Below the pieces are notes generated by a model. It did not search any database. It was not told the origin of the DNA and saw only the letters and a program-made list of their open reading frames with translations. Shown in pieces: positions 26,590 through 38,150 of a stretch of DNA of 64,000 bases. The stretch spans positions 56,056,603 to 56,120,602 of the forward strand of contig NC_057718.1 in NCBI RefSeq assembly GCF_004010195.1, given 5' to 3'. Position 1 is the stretch's first letter; the number at the start of each line of letters is the position of its first letter. The translations under genes and the position numbers were made by a program. The DNA is from Chiloscyllium plagiosum. Lineage: Eukaryota.

Positions 26590-27430
26590 TGCAAATAGCT
26601 ACCCTGAAGATAACTGTCCATTGTATCTTCATAAAATCATGAACCGGACTCATACCATCACTACTGGCACTAAGAAGTGCCCAGTTTACCTCAAATTAGC
26701 CTCGAAGGGCAAGGCATCTCAAATGCCTGACCAAAATGCAGTAGCAATGCAAGTGATGTTCATCACTAATCGGATGCTGCTGTCGAGCTAAAAGACATTC
26801 TTCCTATCATACAAGCGAGTAATATAGTGTATATATTTCAGGGATGGTGTGGTAGACATGCAGACCATACACCCAAAGACTGGCAAACAGCATCAAATAG
26901 CATATCACTTCGGCTGTTCACTACAAGCAAAGTCCTGACAACCCAAATGACCTGTGCCTGCAAAAGTCAAGTATCCAATACTGGATAGAATTCTGCAAAT
27001 GGACAACATTGGCTACATAAGCCTGAGGGGGCAAAGAATTATGCTGACAACTGGAATCGTCAGGTTGATTGTCAGTCAGGGCTCAAAGTGTGGAGATAAC
27101 TTAATTACATGCAAGTATCGATGTGTGTGTATGTATTACATATTATAGTTAAATGTGGTCTTTGATTTAATAAGCTTGATAGTATGGAATTTGAATCTTG
27201 AAAAGACATCTTGTCAAAGCTTTTTGCCCAGCATTCAGTGGGCAATTCACCTAAACCAAAGTAGAGCGCAAACAGCATTAATATTGTATGATAGAGTGCT
27301 GATTGATTGGCAACTGGACTTTGGTACAGACGCTGGCCTGGAGAATAAGACAGTTAACTATCAAGCTTTATTTAAATTTGAAACAAGGCAAAATGATTCT
27401 AATTGGTGAAGAGATTGCCCTGAGAATTGA
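26590..27430 (+). mobile_element. Degenerate Penelope-like element (RT-EN linker, GIY-YIG, terminal repeat)
   Basis: NSYPED...KKCPVYLKL..KGK...SNIVYIFQ...QRLANSIK*H. Confidence 0.6.
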
Positions 27431-28654
27431 ACCAGAGAATGGCTGTCATCTATTTAGTCATATTGAGACAGGCACAATTGTGCGTGCATGAACTGGGCCT
27501 TTCTATATATATTAGGCGCTGTACTTGAACCTGGTGGTTGCACAGCTGATAATATGAATATTACCAGAGATGATGCAGATGTGGGCTCAATTATTGTCTG
27601 GACGGATTTATAGATATAAAGGATTTTAAATTCAATCCTATGGAAAGGGTGAGAAACTATTGAGAGTACAGGCGACGGGCAAGTGAAGTCAAGGATGTAT
27701 ACTAAATCTAAAAGCTAAGAAAAGATTTGTGTAGTGGAGCTATGGATAACGTGAGAGAGCAAGCGAAGGCACAGGCAAAGGAAAGAGTGTACATGTGTAT
27801 TGAGTGAGTCAGTGGAATGGCAGGGGGATTTAGGAGCTAATTGGAATCTAATGGTATAAAAAAAATGCTAAATGATGGAAGAGGCAAAGACAAAAGATAG
27901 ATAGATAAATCTAGAATTCCCCAAAAGCAGTGTGTATGAGCTCACACCATATGCATTGCAGGGTTTGAAGAAGTTAGTTTATCATTCATTTCTCCAGAGC
28001 AATTAAGAATGGGCAATAGATATTGGTCTAGCCAGTGAGGTCCAAATCCCACAAACAAAAACATTTAAGGTTTAATCAATATAATACATTAATATTCCTC
28101 ATTCGTTAAGAAAATAGTTGACAGTTTTACAGATGGTCTGTGTCTTTAGCAATTAATCAAAAAGCACCCAAACTGTAACTACATCAGGTTAGAAATATAG
28201 CTTGTGAGAGAAATAAGTATAATTTTGTGTGATGCACAGATATTAAAAACAGTTTTAGCTACAGATTCATGCAGAATCTAACCATGAACAACTCAAACTG
28301 CAGCTAAAGGTAAAGGATACATCTAAAAGGGGACATGGAAATTACATACATATACTAAAACCTAAAATAAAACAAAGAACTTTTGGAGCTGGAGATCTGA
28401 AACAAAAAACAGAAATTGCTGGAGAAGCTCTGGCAGCACTTGTCCAGAGAAAGCAGAGTGAACATTTCAAACCCAGTGACTCTTCTTCAGAACTTCAGCT
28501 AGGAAAATGTAGTATTTATGCTAATGACGGAGTGGGTTTGGGGGTTTGGAAATAAAGGAGTTAGTAGATTAGGTGGAGAGCGCGAGCCTGAACAGAAATC
28601 AGGAGACAGGCAGCAAAAAAGGTCAGTCAGACAAAAGGAATGTTGACAGTATGC

Positions 28655-28780
28655 CAGGGAAGAAGGGCTCATGCCCGAAGCATCGATTCTCCTGTTCCTT
28701 GGATGCTGCCTGACCTGCTGCGCTTTTCCAGCAACGTATTTTCAGCTCTGATCTCCAGCATCTGCAGTCCTCACTTTCAC
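28655..28780 (+). mobile_element. Penelope-derived terminal fragment, same family as 23218
   Basis: GAAGAAGGGCTCATGCCCGAAGCATCGATTCTCCTGTTCCTTGGATGCTGCC. Confidence 0.7.
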
Positions 28781-29894
28781 CTATATTTGCAAAGCATGAG
28801 AAGTCCAAGTGATTTTTTTTTTTAAAAATGATCAGTTCACTGAAATTTCAGAAGTAATAGAAATCCTCATAATACCTGCCAAAAAGCACTCTCTCTAACC
28901 AAAAGATACCTTATTTGTTTGGGTCTTTAAGGAAAACCTTTACTTAAATGTTGGTTATTTTAATTTTAGATACTGTTAGATATTTTGTTCTTAACTATTC
29001 TTAGATAATCCTCAATGTACTTGCACTTAACCGTGCAAGTGTACGGTTTATTAATTTTAGTTAATAAAATTATAAAATTCATAAAGAGTGTCATTTATGA
29101 TTTTCTGTTACAACCGGAACAAGCCAATATCCTACACATTTCCTCAAGTAGGGAAGAGAGATTCCCCAACCCTTAAAATGTCTGGGGCATTTACTACATA
29201 TGGTTTAACTAAAGGTTATTTGGACGACAGCAACATTCTTGGCTGGCTTCTGCAGTGGGATTGATGCCTAAATCTTACAAATCTAAACTTGGCGTTTGTG
29301 GAACTGACTAACTTGAATTCTGCAGTCAGAAATGACCAGTGAAATACTCATGTTTCAATTTAGGTCTATGCACTTAAAAGTTCATAAATCACTTCAAAAT
29401 TATGCCAAAGATCTCCACAGCATTCAAGAACTCCTGGTAGTTATAACCCTACTAGCACAAGTTATTTCTTCACCTGACATCTTAACTCAGACAGGAAAAC
29501 ATAGGAGAGACAAAAACATAAGCAAAATAAACTAAAAGCTATAAATGATAGAAATTGTACTGCAAATAAGTCATACTAAATAACCCAATTCTCTCAAAGT
29601 CTGTTCTGAGCAGTGAAGCACTTTGTAGTGCAAAAGTACAGAAGTGCTGTCAGAACAGCAGTTGGCTGGTTCAAATATCAACACCACTCAATTTTTTTCT
29701 ATTTGCCTACTCTTGAATTCTTATTCGGAGATGATTTTGAATTTTTAGTACTCATCCTCCTCCCAAAATCGAAGTGAATTGACCAGCTAGCTGTATCATT
29801 TATACTATGATTTGAAGTGCAAATAGTACAAAATGTCAATGGCACAGGTTTCAAACAGCTTCAAATCTGTTTGGATAGTAAAATGAATTAAAAA

Positions 29895-30065
29895 CAAAAA
29901 AAAGAGATTGCTGGAAAAGCTCAGCAGGTCTGGCAGCATCTGTGAAGAGAAGGGTCTATGACAGATCACCAGACCAGAAACATCTGAATTCTCTTCACAG
30001 ATGCTACCAGACCTGCTGAGTTTTTCCAGCAACATCTATTTTTGTTTGATTTAGCACCTGCAGTT
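29895..30065. mobile_element. Palindromic Penelope-derived element, older subfamily
   Basis: Inverted arms TTGCTGGAAAAGCTCAGCAGGTCTGGCAGCATCTGTGAAGAGAA / TTCTCTTCACAGATGCTACCAGACCTGCTGAGTTTTTCCAGCAA. Confidence 0.7.
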
Positions 30066-30989
30066 TTCAGTTTTTATTTAAAATAAATTGTAGTGCTTTC
30101 TTACTCACTGTGTCTGTATGACTAGAATATCTCTATCTAGCATCCAGAATTAACAAACATATTAAGCAACAAATAAAATCAATCACTGCCAGTCATGATG
30201 TCAGTGCTTTCAAACAATTTTCTTTTAATGAATCTAAATTCAAAGTAAAATAGTACAAAGTTTGCATCGATTTTTCTAAAATTAGTGATCATTCTTTTAG
30301 AGCTATCAATTTATGCACAGAACTAAGAATTTTGCCAACATTTTGTGTACACTCGGATTTAAGATTCAAGCATTTGAAATTATCTGCAATAAGAGGTTTG
30401 CAAGTGTAAAGATTGACAACGCAGTAATATACAGTACCAGTAAAAGACAGGAAATTAGGTTTCAATTTCAAGTTACTGAATCACTACAGCACCAAGTGTT
30501 TTTTCCTTAAATGTCTACTTTAAAGTCATCATAGCAATATGTACAGCATGAATAATTAGAACAAATCAGATTAGCTTGATTTTTCAGGAGATGGATACTC
30601 AGAATCACTTGTCAATTAAAGTAACATAAACCCTCTTGCACCATTAATATGCAGGGAGTTTGTAGAAACCAATCAATGGATTGGGTTGCACATATTGACA
30701 GTCTTAATCAGTTTGATGTGAGGAAGGGAAGTCCACACTCTTACTTTTAACTAGATGCTGCAAAGATAATTAGTTTTCACGCCAAAAGCAGTCCTAGGTG
30801 GGTAGGTGGATGGGAGAGATCAAAGAGGACAATGTAATGGGGCACCAATCTGTTTTGAATCTACACTCATGACTGGTGAAGTTGGGAGGGGGAAGAGTAA
30901 GAGAGCAAGAGGACAGGGGAGGGACTCACTAATATCCTCAGGGAAGGAAATCTGCCTACCTTGGCATACATGTTACGATGTGATTGACT

Positions 30990-33320
30990 CTTGATTGATT
31001 TCTGTACAATTAAGTGTCCAGATGGAACCAATTTTGTCAGGTGCGTCCAGGAAGGATTCCTGACTCAATATATAGATAGGCCATATTGGATTTGGTGCTA
31101 GGCAACGAGCCAGGCCAGGTATCAAGAGTTCTCGTTGGAAGACCATTTCAGTGAGTGACCACAACTGCCTCATCTTTACTTTAACCATGGAAAGGATTAG
31201 GAACAGACAGGATGGGAAGTTATTTAATTGAGGGAGGGGAAATTAGAGAGGAGCTATGGAGTACAAATTGGAAACAAGTGTTCTACAAGAAATACACAAC
31301 AGGAATGTGGAGGCTGTTTAAGGAGCATTTGTTGCAAGTGTTGGATAATTTTGTCCCAGTGAGATAGGCAAGGAATGGTAAGGTAAAGGAGCCTTGGATG
31401 ACAAAAGAAGAGGAGAGTCTCATCAAGAGGAAGAAGTTTACTTAAGGTTGAGGAAGCAAGGATCTGGCACAGCTTAGAGTATTTACAGGGTAGCTAGGAA
31501 AGAACTCAAACGAACTGAGGAGAGCAAGGAGGGGGCACAAAAAAGCCTTGAGCGAGGAGGATTAGGGAAAACTCAAAAGGCTTTCTACAGTTATGTGAGG
31601 AATAATAGAATGATCACAGAGGTTAGGGCCGGTCAGGAAAGTAGAGGGAACTTGCACCAAGAGTCTGAAGAGGTGGGGGCCCTATATGAGTTTTTTGCTT
31701 CAGTATTGAGTAGAGAGAGGGGCCTGTTGATAATGAGAACACAGTGAAAGTGATGAATAGACTTGAACAGATTGATATTATGAAAGTGGGTGTGCTGGAA
31801 ATTCTGGGAAGAATCAAGATAGATAAGACCCCAGGGCCAGACCAGATATATCCAAAGTTACTACGAGAAGTGAGGAATGAGATTGCTGCGCCTCTGCCAA
31901 TGATCTTTTCATCCTCACTCTCCACAGATGTAGTACTGGTTAACTGGAGGATGTGAATGTTGTTACTCTGTTCAAGAAAAGGAATACAGAAATCCCGGGG
32001 AATGACAGACCAGTCAATCTTACATCTGTGGTAAGCAAGGTACTGGAAAGGGTTCTGAGAGATTTATAGGATTTATGACTATTTGGAAAAACATTGATTA
32101 AATATAATCAACATGGCTTGTGAGGCAGGTCATGCCTCACAAGCCTCAAGTTCTTTGAGGATCTGATGAGACAAGTTGACGAAGGTCGAGCAGTGGATGT
32201 GGTGCATATGGATTTCAGGAAGGCATGTGATAAAGGTTCCCCATGATAGGGTCATTCAGAAAGTTAAGATTTATGGGATACAGGGAAATGTGGCTGACTG
32301 AAAGAAGACAGTGAGGGATAGTGGATGGAAAGTATTCCGCCTGGAGGTCGATGACCAGTGGTGTCCTGGAGGGATCTGTTCCTGGGCCTCTGCTCTTACA
32401 AATGGTTTGGATGAAGAAGTGGAAGGGTGGGTAGTAAGTTTGCTGATGAGACAAAGGTCAGTAGTGTTCTAAAGAGTGTTGAGGGCTGCTGCAAGTTACA
32501 ACCAGACACTGACAGGAAGCAGAGCTGAGCAGTGGCAGATGGATTTCAACCTGGATAAATGCAAAGTGATTTATTTTCAAAGGTCAAATTTGAATGCTAA
32601 ATACAGGGTTAAAAATAGGATTCTTGGCAGTGTGGAGGAACAGTGGGACCTTGGGGTCCACGGACTGAGATCCCTCAAAGTTGCCACCCAAGTTAATGGG
32701 ATTGTTAAGAAGGCACATGGTGTTTCGGCTTTCATTAGCAGGGGGATTGAGTTTAAGAGCCACTAGGTTTTGCTGCAGCTCTATAAAAATGTGGCTAGAC
32801 TATACTTGGAATATTGTGTCCAGTTCTGGTTGCCTCATTATAGGAAGGATGCATTTGCTTTAGAGAGGATGCAGAGGAGATTTACCAAGATGCTGCCTGG
32901 ATTGGAGGGCAATGTCTTATGAAGAGAGGGTTGAGTGAGCTAGGGCTTTCCACATGGGAGAGGAGGAGGAGGAAGAGAGGTAACTTGAAAGAGGTGTACA
33001 AGGTAATGAGGCGCATAGATAGAGTACATTCCCCAGGGCAGAAATAGCCATCATGAAAGGTCATAATTTTAAGGTGACTGGAGAAAGGTATAGGGGAGGT
33101 GTCAGACGTAGGTTCTTTACACAGAGTGATGGGTGCATGGAATGCACTGCCAGTGGTGGTAACAGAGTCAGAGACATTAGGGACATTTAAGCAACTGCTG
33201 GACAAGCACAAGGACAGCAGTAAATTGAGGAGTGTGTAGGTTAGGTTGATTTTAGATTAAGATAGATGCTCGAAACAACATTGTGGGCCGAAGTGCACGT
33301 GCTGTGCTGTACTCTATGTT
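30990..33320 (+). mobile_element. Degenerate CR1 LINE ORF2 (endonuclease tail through RT to 3' end)
   Basis: DKTPGPDQIYPKLLREV, QWQMDFNLDKCKV, LEYCVQFW; 3' tail TGCTGTACTCTATGTTCTA. Confidence 0.85.
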
Positions 33321-33355
33321 CTAGAGATGGACAGAAAGATGAAATGACTTTCAGT

Positions 33356-33356
<1 letters not shown>

Positions 33357-33392
<36 letters not shown>
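33357..33392. repeat. (CA)18 microsatellite
   Basis: Read directly. Confidence 0.95.
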
Positions 33393-33395
<3 letters not shown>

Positions 33396-33948
33396 AAAAA
33401 GCCAACAAAAATAGCGCAACAATGAATAATCGTTGAGTTGGATGCCAGTGGATTACTTCTGTCGAGGATACGCAGAAACCTTTCCTGAAATGGGTTTAAA
33501 CTATTTTTTCCAAACTGTCCATACATTTATAGTGTACCATACTAGTGCAACAGAATATGGGAAGACCACATTCTGCAGATGGAAATGAAGATGCAAGTTG
33601 ACATTGGAAATCAACCTTCCTGCATTTCAGAACTCAAATCATTGTTTTTTTTGACCAGAACTAGATCTTAAACACTATTCCCTTGTGCTCCCCAAATTCC
33701 ATTCCTGATTAAGCTTTTATTCACCCTGCACAAAATTTCATTAATATCCATTTATTATATTTGGCTTTGGTTAGAGTTTTTTTTAAATGCAAACAAAAAC
33801 GTCATTTATTAAACCAATCTACTCGAATACTAGCACTCAAATACTGTAGAAACTTTTACATAACCAAAACCTTCAAAATATACAATATAGTAGCAAAATG
33901 CATAATAAAAAGTTGACATTTAAGACAAGACAAATTACGAATACTTGC

Positions 33949-34087
33949 CTTCAGAGAATCTATCAGATCTTCAACAAGGAATAGTCGTCTTAATTCAGTA
34001 ATCACACGGTTGATATGGCTTAGCCCAACATCACTATACTTCTGCACTAGTTCATCAGATACAGCAACATCTGTCTCCAAACAGGCC
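33949..34087 (-). CDS. RTN4: RTN4 RHD exon 2 (139 nt): ACLETDVAVSDELVQKYSDVGLSHINRVITELRRLFLVEDLIDSLK, with GC donor
   Basis: ttttag|G acceptor; conserved 139-nt size; ELVQKYS and ELRRLFLVxDLxDSLK are RTN4-like; donor is AAG|gcaagt. Confidence 0.95.
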
Positions 34088-34544
34088 CTAAAAAGAAAAA
34101 AAAGTGTGCTAGTGTACAAAACTAAAACAGGAATTGGCCAATTAATTGGAATCCTACTGTGAACTATATTGATAAGCTGAAAATCACCTGAATGACTTTT
34201 TGTTTTCATCTTTAAACACTAAATTATGATGACTTCCATCATTTAGAGTAGGATTAGAAGCAAGCCTTCTAAAAAAATATTAATTTTTTTAGAATGATAC
34301 AAATGCAGCTCACTATAACAGTTTGTAAGTTTCTCAGGAAAACTTCTAAAATCAAGAATGTGGGATAACAATTTCACCTTATTGTGGTATCATGCCTGTT
34401 GTGACAGTCACATGCAAGAATAAAAGCATCTAATGTTGAGAGCGATTCTCAATTTCTTCACACCCTCTTAAAAAGTTTCATGTTATAGATTAATATGACA
34501 ATACAAAAAAGAATAAGTAGCCCCAATATTTAAATTATACTTAC

Positions 34545-34752
34545 TTGAATGGATGCCCTTCATCAGACTTCTGCACTGCTTGCAGAATACCTCTGTATAT
34601 CCTGAAACTAATGGTAACTGAAAGCAGTGCCAGGGCAAGGTACGCAATCACACTGACAATGCTGAAAATGGTCATTGACAGCAGCAAGAACAGGCTCGCA
34701 CCAAATACCAATCCAGTCTTCTTAATATCACGCCAGTAGATTAAGTCCATCA
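34545..34752 (-). CDS. RTN4: RTN4 RHD exon 1 (208 nt): (V)[68 protein letters not shown](K)
   Basis: ggcag|TG acceptor, AA|gtaagt donor; 208 nt; [11 protein letters not shown] and QKSDEGHPF favour RTN4 over RTN1, RTN2 or RTN3. Confidence 0.95.
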
Positions 34753-36229
34753 CTGCCAGAATTAAAGGGGGAGAACTATGAATTAGCATATTGCATTAAC
34801 TATTTCCATTGGATTATGCTACTTATTATGCAATGTAATGTCATGTACTTGTTGATTACTTTCAAAATCAGTCAGTAACTATATTCAACAATTGTATTTG
34901 GAACAGGACTTCAAATTAATTTGTAAAAAGATTTTCAAACTGGGTAAGTGTTAAAAAGTACACACCCTAACAAGCTGATACCCAGAAATTCCGTTGAATA
35001 GTTCTCAATTTTGTTCCCCCACACATCAGTACATCATCTTTCAAACTAGAACAAGATTATAATTCCAATAAAACTGCTCAGCTGTACTGTGGACAAGTAA
35101 CTTTAAAAACATGCAATTTAAAATTACAGGACTGTCCAAGAAATCAGTCAACCAGCATTATTTGCTACTGAAAAGGTTTTATTTTGAAAGATCAGAAAAG
35201 AGATTTAGGAAGGAGAAAACTGTATACTAGTACTAGACCTGACAATTTCACAACTGGTAGCACTGCACTCAGCCATTCACAGAAAAATTGGAAAGTCCAC
35301 AATCCAGTGAAAGTCATGTTGAATCCATGTGAAGAGCAATAACAGTGAATATCAATTTTTTAAAAGAATGTTCATACTACACAAATTTTAGTAGGTTTAC
35401 ATAAACTGTATTTGCCAATTAAAATGAATTTGTGAAGCCTATTTAAAGTTACAACTTTCCAAAAGCCCAATGAGATGATTCTATCACTACCTGTTTTGGT
35501 TTTTGGTCCATTCTGTACCAAAGACACATTAATCGTGTTGATGATTGCAGCTTGATCAGCAAGTTTATTCTAATTCATACTGCCGATACATACACTGCAG
35601 GTATTACTACAGCATGAAGATCATAAATATACATTACATTTTAAAATACATAGTCAAAACTGAAAGGATTCATAAAGCTAGAACTAATGGAATCAGACAG
35701 AAAACAACTGAATAGTTAAAAATGAATATTTACAGTCTCAGTCAGCCCACATCTCCAGATTTAACTAGTGGGAACAGGACAACTTCCAATTAAAACTTAA
35801 TTTTAGGAAACTAATAATTTATATGTTCTTTATATCCCACCTTATTAAGAAAATCAAAAGAATATTCAAACCATGGACACGTTATATCTCCTCCCCCCCC
35901 AACTCAAGTTGGCAAGGAAAAAAAGAATTAGGGGAGTTTGTCCTGGAATGAAATGTACCCCCTGCTCACCAACTCTGTAATTAATTACTGGGTCAGCAAG
36001 TTCATTGGGGACTTAACTCACCAGCAATTCAGGCCCTTAGGTGGCCATTTAAAAGGCATCTAAAGGTTTTATCTTGCATTCTTCCTAATCAGCAAGCAAT
36101 AGAGTTAATGGGCAGAATGGAAATCCTCCTCTTGCCCCAGCCTCTTACTCCCTGACCTGCCTGTCTGCAGGAAAGGAAATAAAATCTTCCTTGCTCAGGA
36201 GATCCAGTGGCGAAGTGTAAAGCTATCAC

Positions 36230-36677
36230 TGAGAATGTGTATAGCGTATGAGCAGGTAGAGAAAGTGTGTTAAGTTTTGGGTTGCCTGACAATGACCCAG
36301 CGACCAGATAAGAACTTGCAGTAAACACAAAGGTGGCAAGGGTAGTGGTTTAGTGACGTGAGGTACATCTATCGTGTAATGCCAGTTAACGAGGAGAAGA
36401 ATATCCACTGGGTAATGCCAGAAGACTTGATCTTTACTGTTGATGCTCGCTGATTGTAACAGTCACCCAATCAATATAGATGTTGCCTCATTTGGATGCT
36501 GCTCCCTGTAAGTAACTATATAATTCTTTAAGAATCTGCTGTTCAAGAGACGACAGAGTTCACGTCTTTGTGTACATGGGCAAACATTCTCTCTCCAGGG
36601 CCCAGAATAAAGGTACAGCCATACTGTGTCTCGGAGTGCTTGCTTCAACTGATATGGGAAACAGAAACAGAACAACA
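36230..36677 (+). repeat. ERV 5' LTR (448 bp)
   Basis: TGAGAATG...AACAACA; CCAAT near 36467, TATATAA near 36518, AATAAA at 36606-36611; homologous to 40114-40541. Confidence 0.9.
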
Positions 36678-36680
36678 ATA

Positions 36681-36699
36681 TGGTGAACCAGGTAGGAGT
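36681..36699 (+). promoter_or_regulatory. Primer-binding site, probably tRNA-Arg
   Basis: TGGTGAACCAGGTAGGAGT, 3 nt after the LTR; 15/19 match to TGGCGAGCCAGCCAGGAGT (tRNA-Arg(ACG) 3' complement, recalled from memory). Confidence 0.65.
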
Positions 36700-37050
36700 G
36701 CAAGCGAATAGTTATGATCGGGCAGTGTCAGTGATCACCAAGCACACCGCTATCTTGAGACAGATAGGCCCACAGGTAAGATTTTAAACCTTGGTCCCTT
36801 TAGATAATCCTGTGTGTCAGAAACAGTTCCCTCATTCAATTGCTTTCTATTCTACGGACTTCTTGAACAGTAACTAGTTCAGTCAAGTGACACAGTTTCA
36901 TTAACCCCTGTTTGTCAGTGCGTTTAAGTCCCCTGGACCTAACTGGGATTCAAGTCCTCGTGAGAAGTAAAGTGAGAAAGGGGTTCAAGTGCCCTAGAGT
37001 AGGAATTGATTCGCAAGTATTGCAGTTAAGTCCAGAGTACATTTAGACAA

Positions 37051-37250
37051 ATGGGACAGACGCTTGATAAAATCGGGTCTGTTGACCCAGTTAGGAAAGA
37101 TTTGTTGCGATAATCCATGTGAGGAGTTCAATTATCAAAGAATGAGCATCCGACTGAACAAATTATTGGAAAATGAACAGTTGGTTGGGGAGGGGATCTT
37201 GGGATCTAGATAAATGTTCAAAAGCAGAGTTCGAGATGTCAAAGTCTAAT
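37051..37250 (+). pseudogene. gag: Retroviral gag matrix stub, frameshifted
   Basis: MGQTLDK myristoylation-type start; later WLGRGSWDLDKC resembles the matrix WPxxG(S/T)(F/W)D motif; upstream splice donor CAG|GTAAGA at 36776. Confidence 0.65.
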
Positions 37251-38150
37251 ATTTCCCAAAAATGGAAAGATTTAAATTACTATTTGGAGGACGGCGGCCA
37301 CCAAATTAAACAAAAAAATCCCACCAAATTTCTTGGGAACACACCACTAAACAGAAGAATATCCCTATTACCAATGATAAAGGGAAAACCCATCATTGGG
37401 AGGTTTTGAAAGCATCATGTGAAACGTACGATTTCAAATGAAAGCCTACGAAAGACAAAAATGAGAAAAATGTCTCTCAGGCATCACTGGATATGCCTTG
37501 ATCCCAGGCTTTATTTGGTAGTGGGGAAGATTACAATAGAAATGATGCTGGTTCTCCATGCCAAAGGATGTCCAGACATGCACACCATTTTACAACTTCA
37601 GGGGGACGCTACTGCTTCAGAAAAGGATATGTGCAGAAACATTGTTGTATGCAATACTGTTACAGATCTCTGGCATACCCCAGCCAGACACCCTTCTGCC
37701 TTTATTCGTTGACAATTTACACACAGACACTCACCTGGGAAAGGAGTGAATGCATGTGTTCCTATCACATGGGATGGCAACCAGTCCCCACCACCCCAGA
37801 TTTATCTGCATGTAATGGGACTTTTGGGGGGGGGAATGAAATGCAGCATTACAGACATTGTTAATTGATTGAAGAGTCTCTCCACTTACAGGTGAGAGAA
37901 ACCACCACACACCCCCAATTGTGACAGTGACTGGGAATGTACAGACTGTTGAGTGGGTCCTAATCAGAGACTAGGGAAGGCCGAAGCTGGGACCCCGCAG
38001 GAAAGCACCGTTCCAGGTGTTGCTCCAAACCTTCACTGCAGTAAAAGTCAAAGGAAAGGATCAGTGGATTCACTTGAGCGACTGTAAATGGTGGATTATG
38101 ACCAAGGGAAGGAGGAGGAAAAGGACTAAAAGGAGGACTGAAAAACTTTA

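Noticed and set aside
33856..34789. ORF-track proteins 33856-34209 and 34541-34789 as stand-alone genes
   Set aside because: Only their cores are RTN4 exons; the N- and C-terminal extensions are intron read-through beyond clear splice sites
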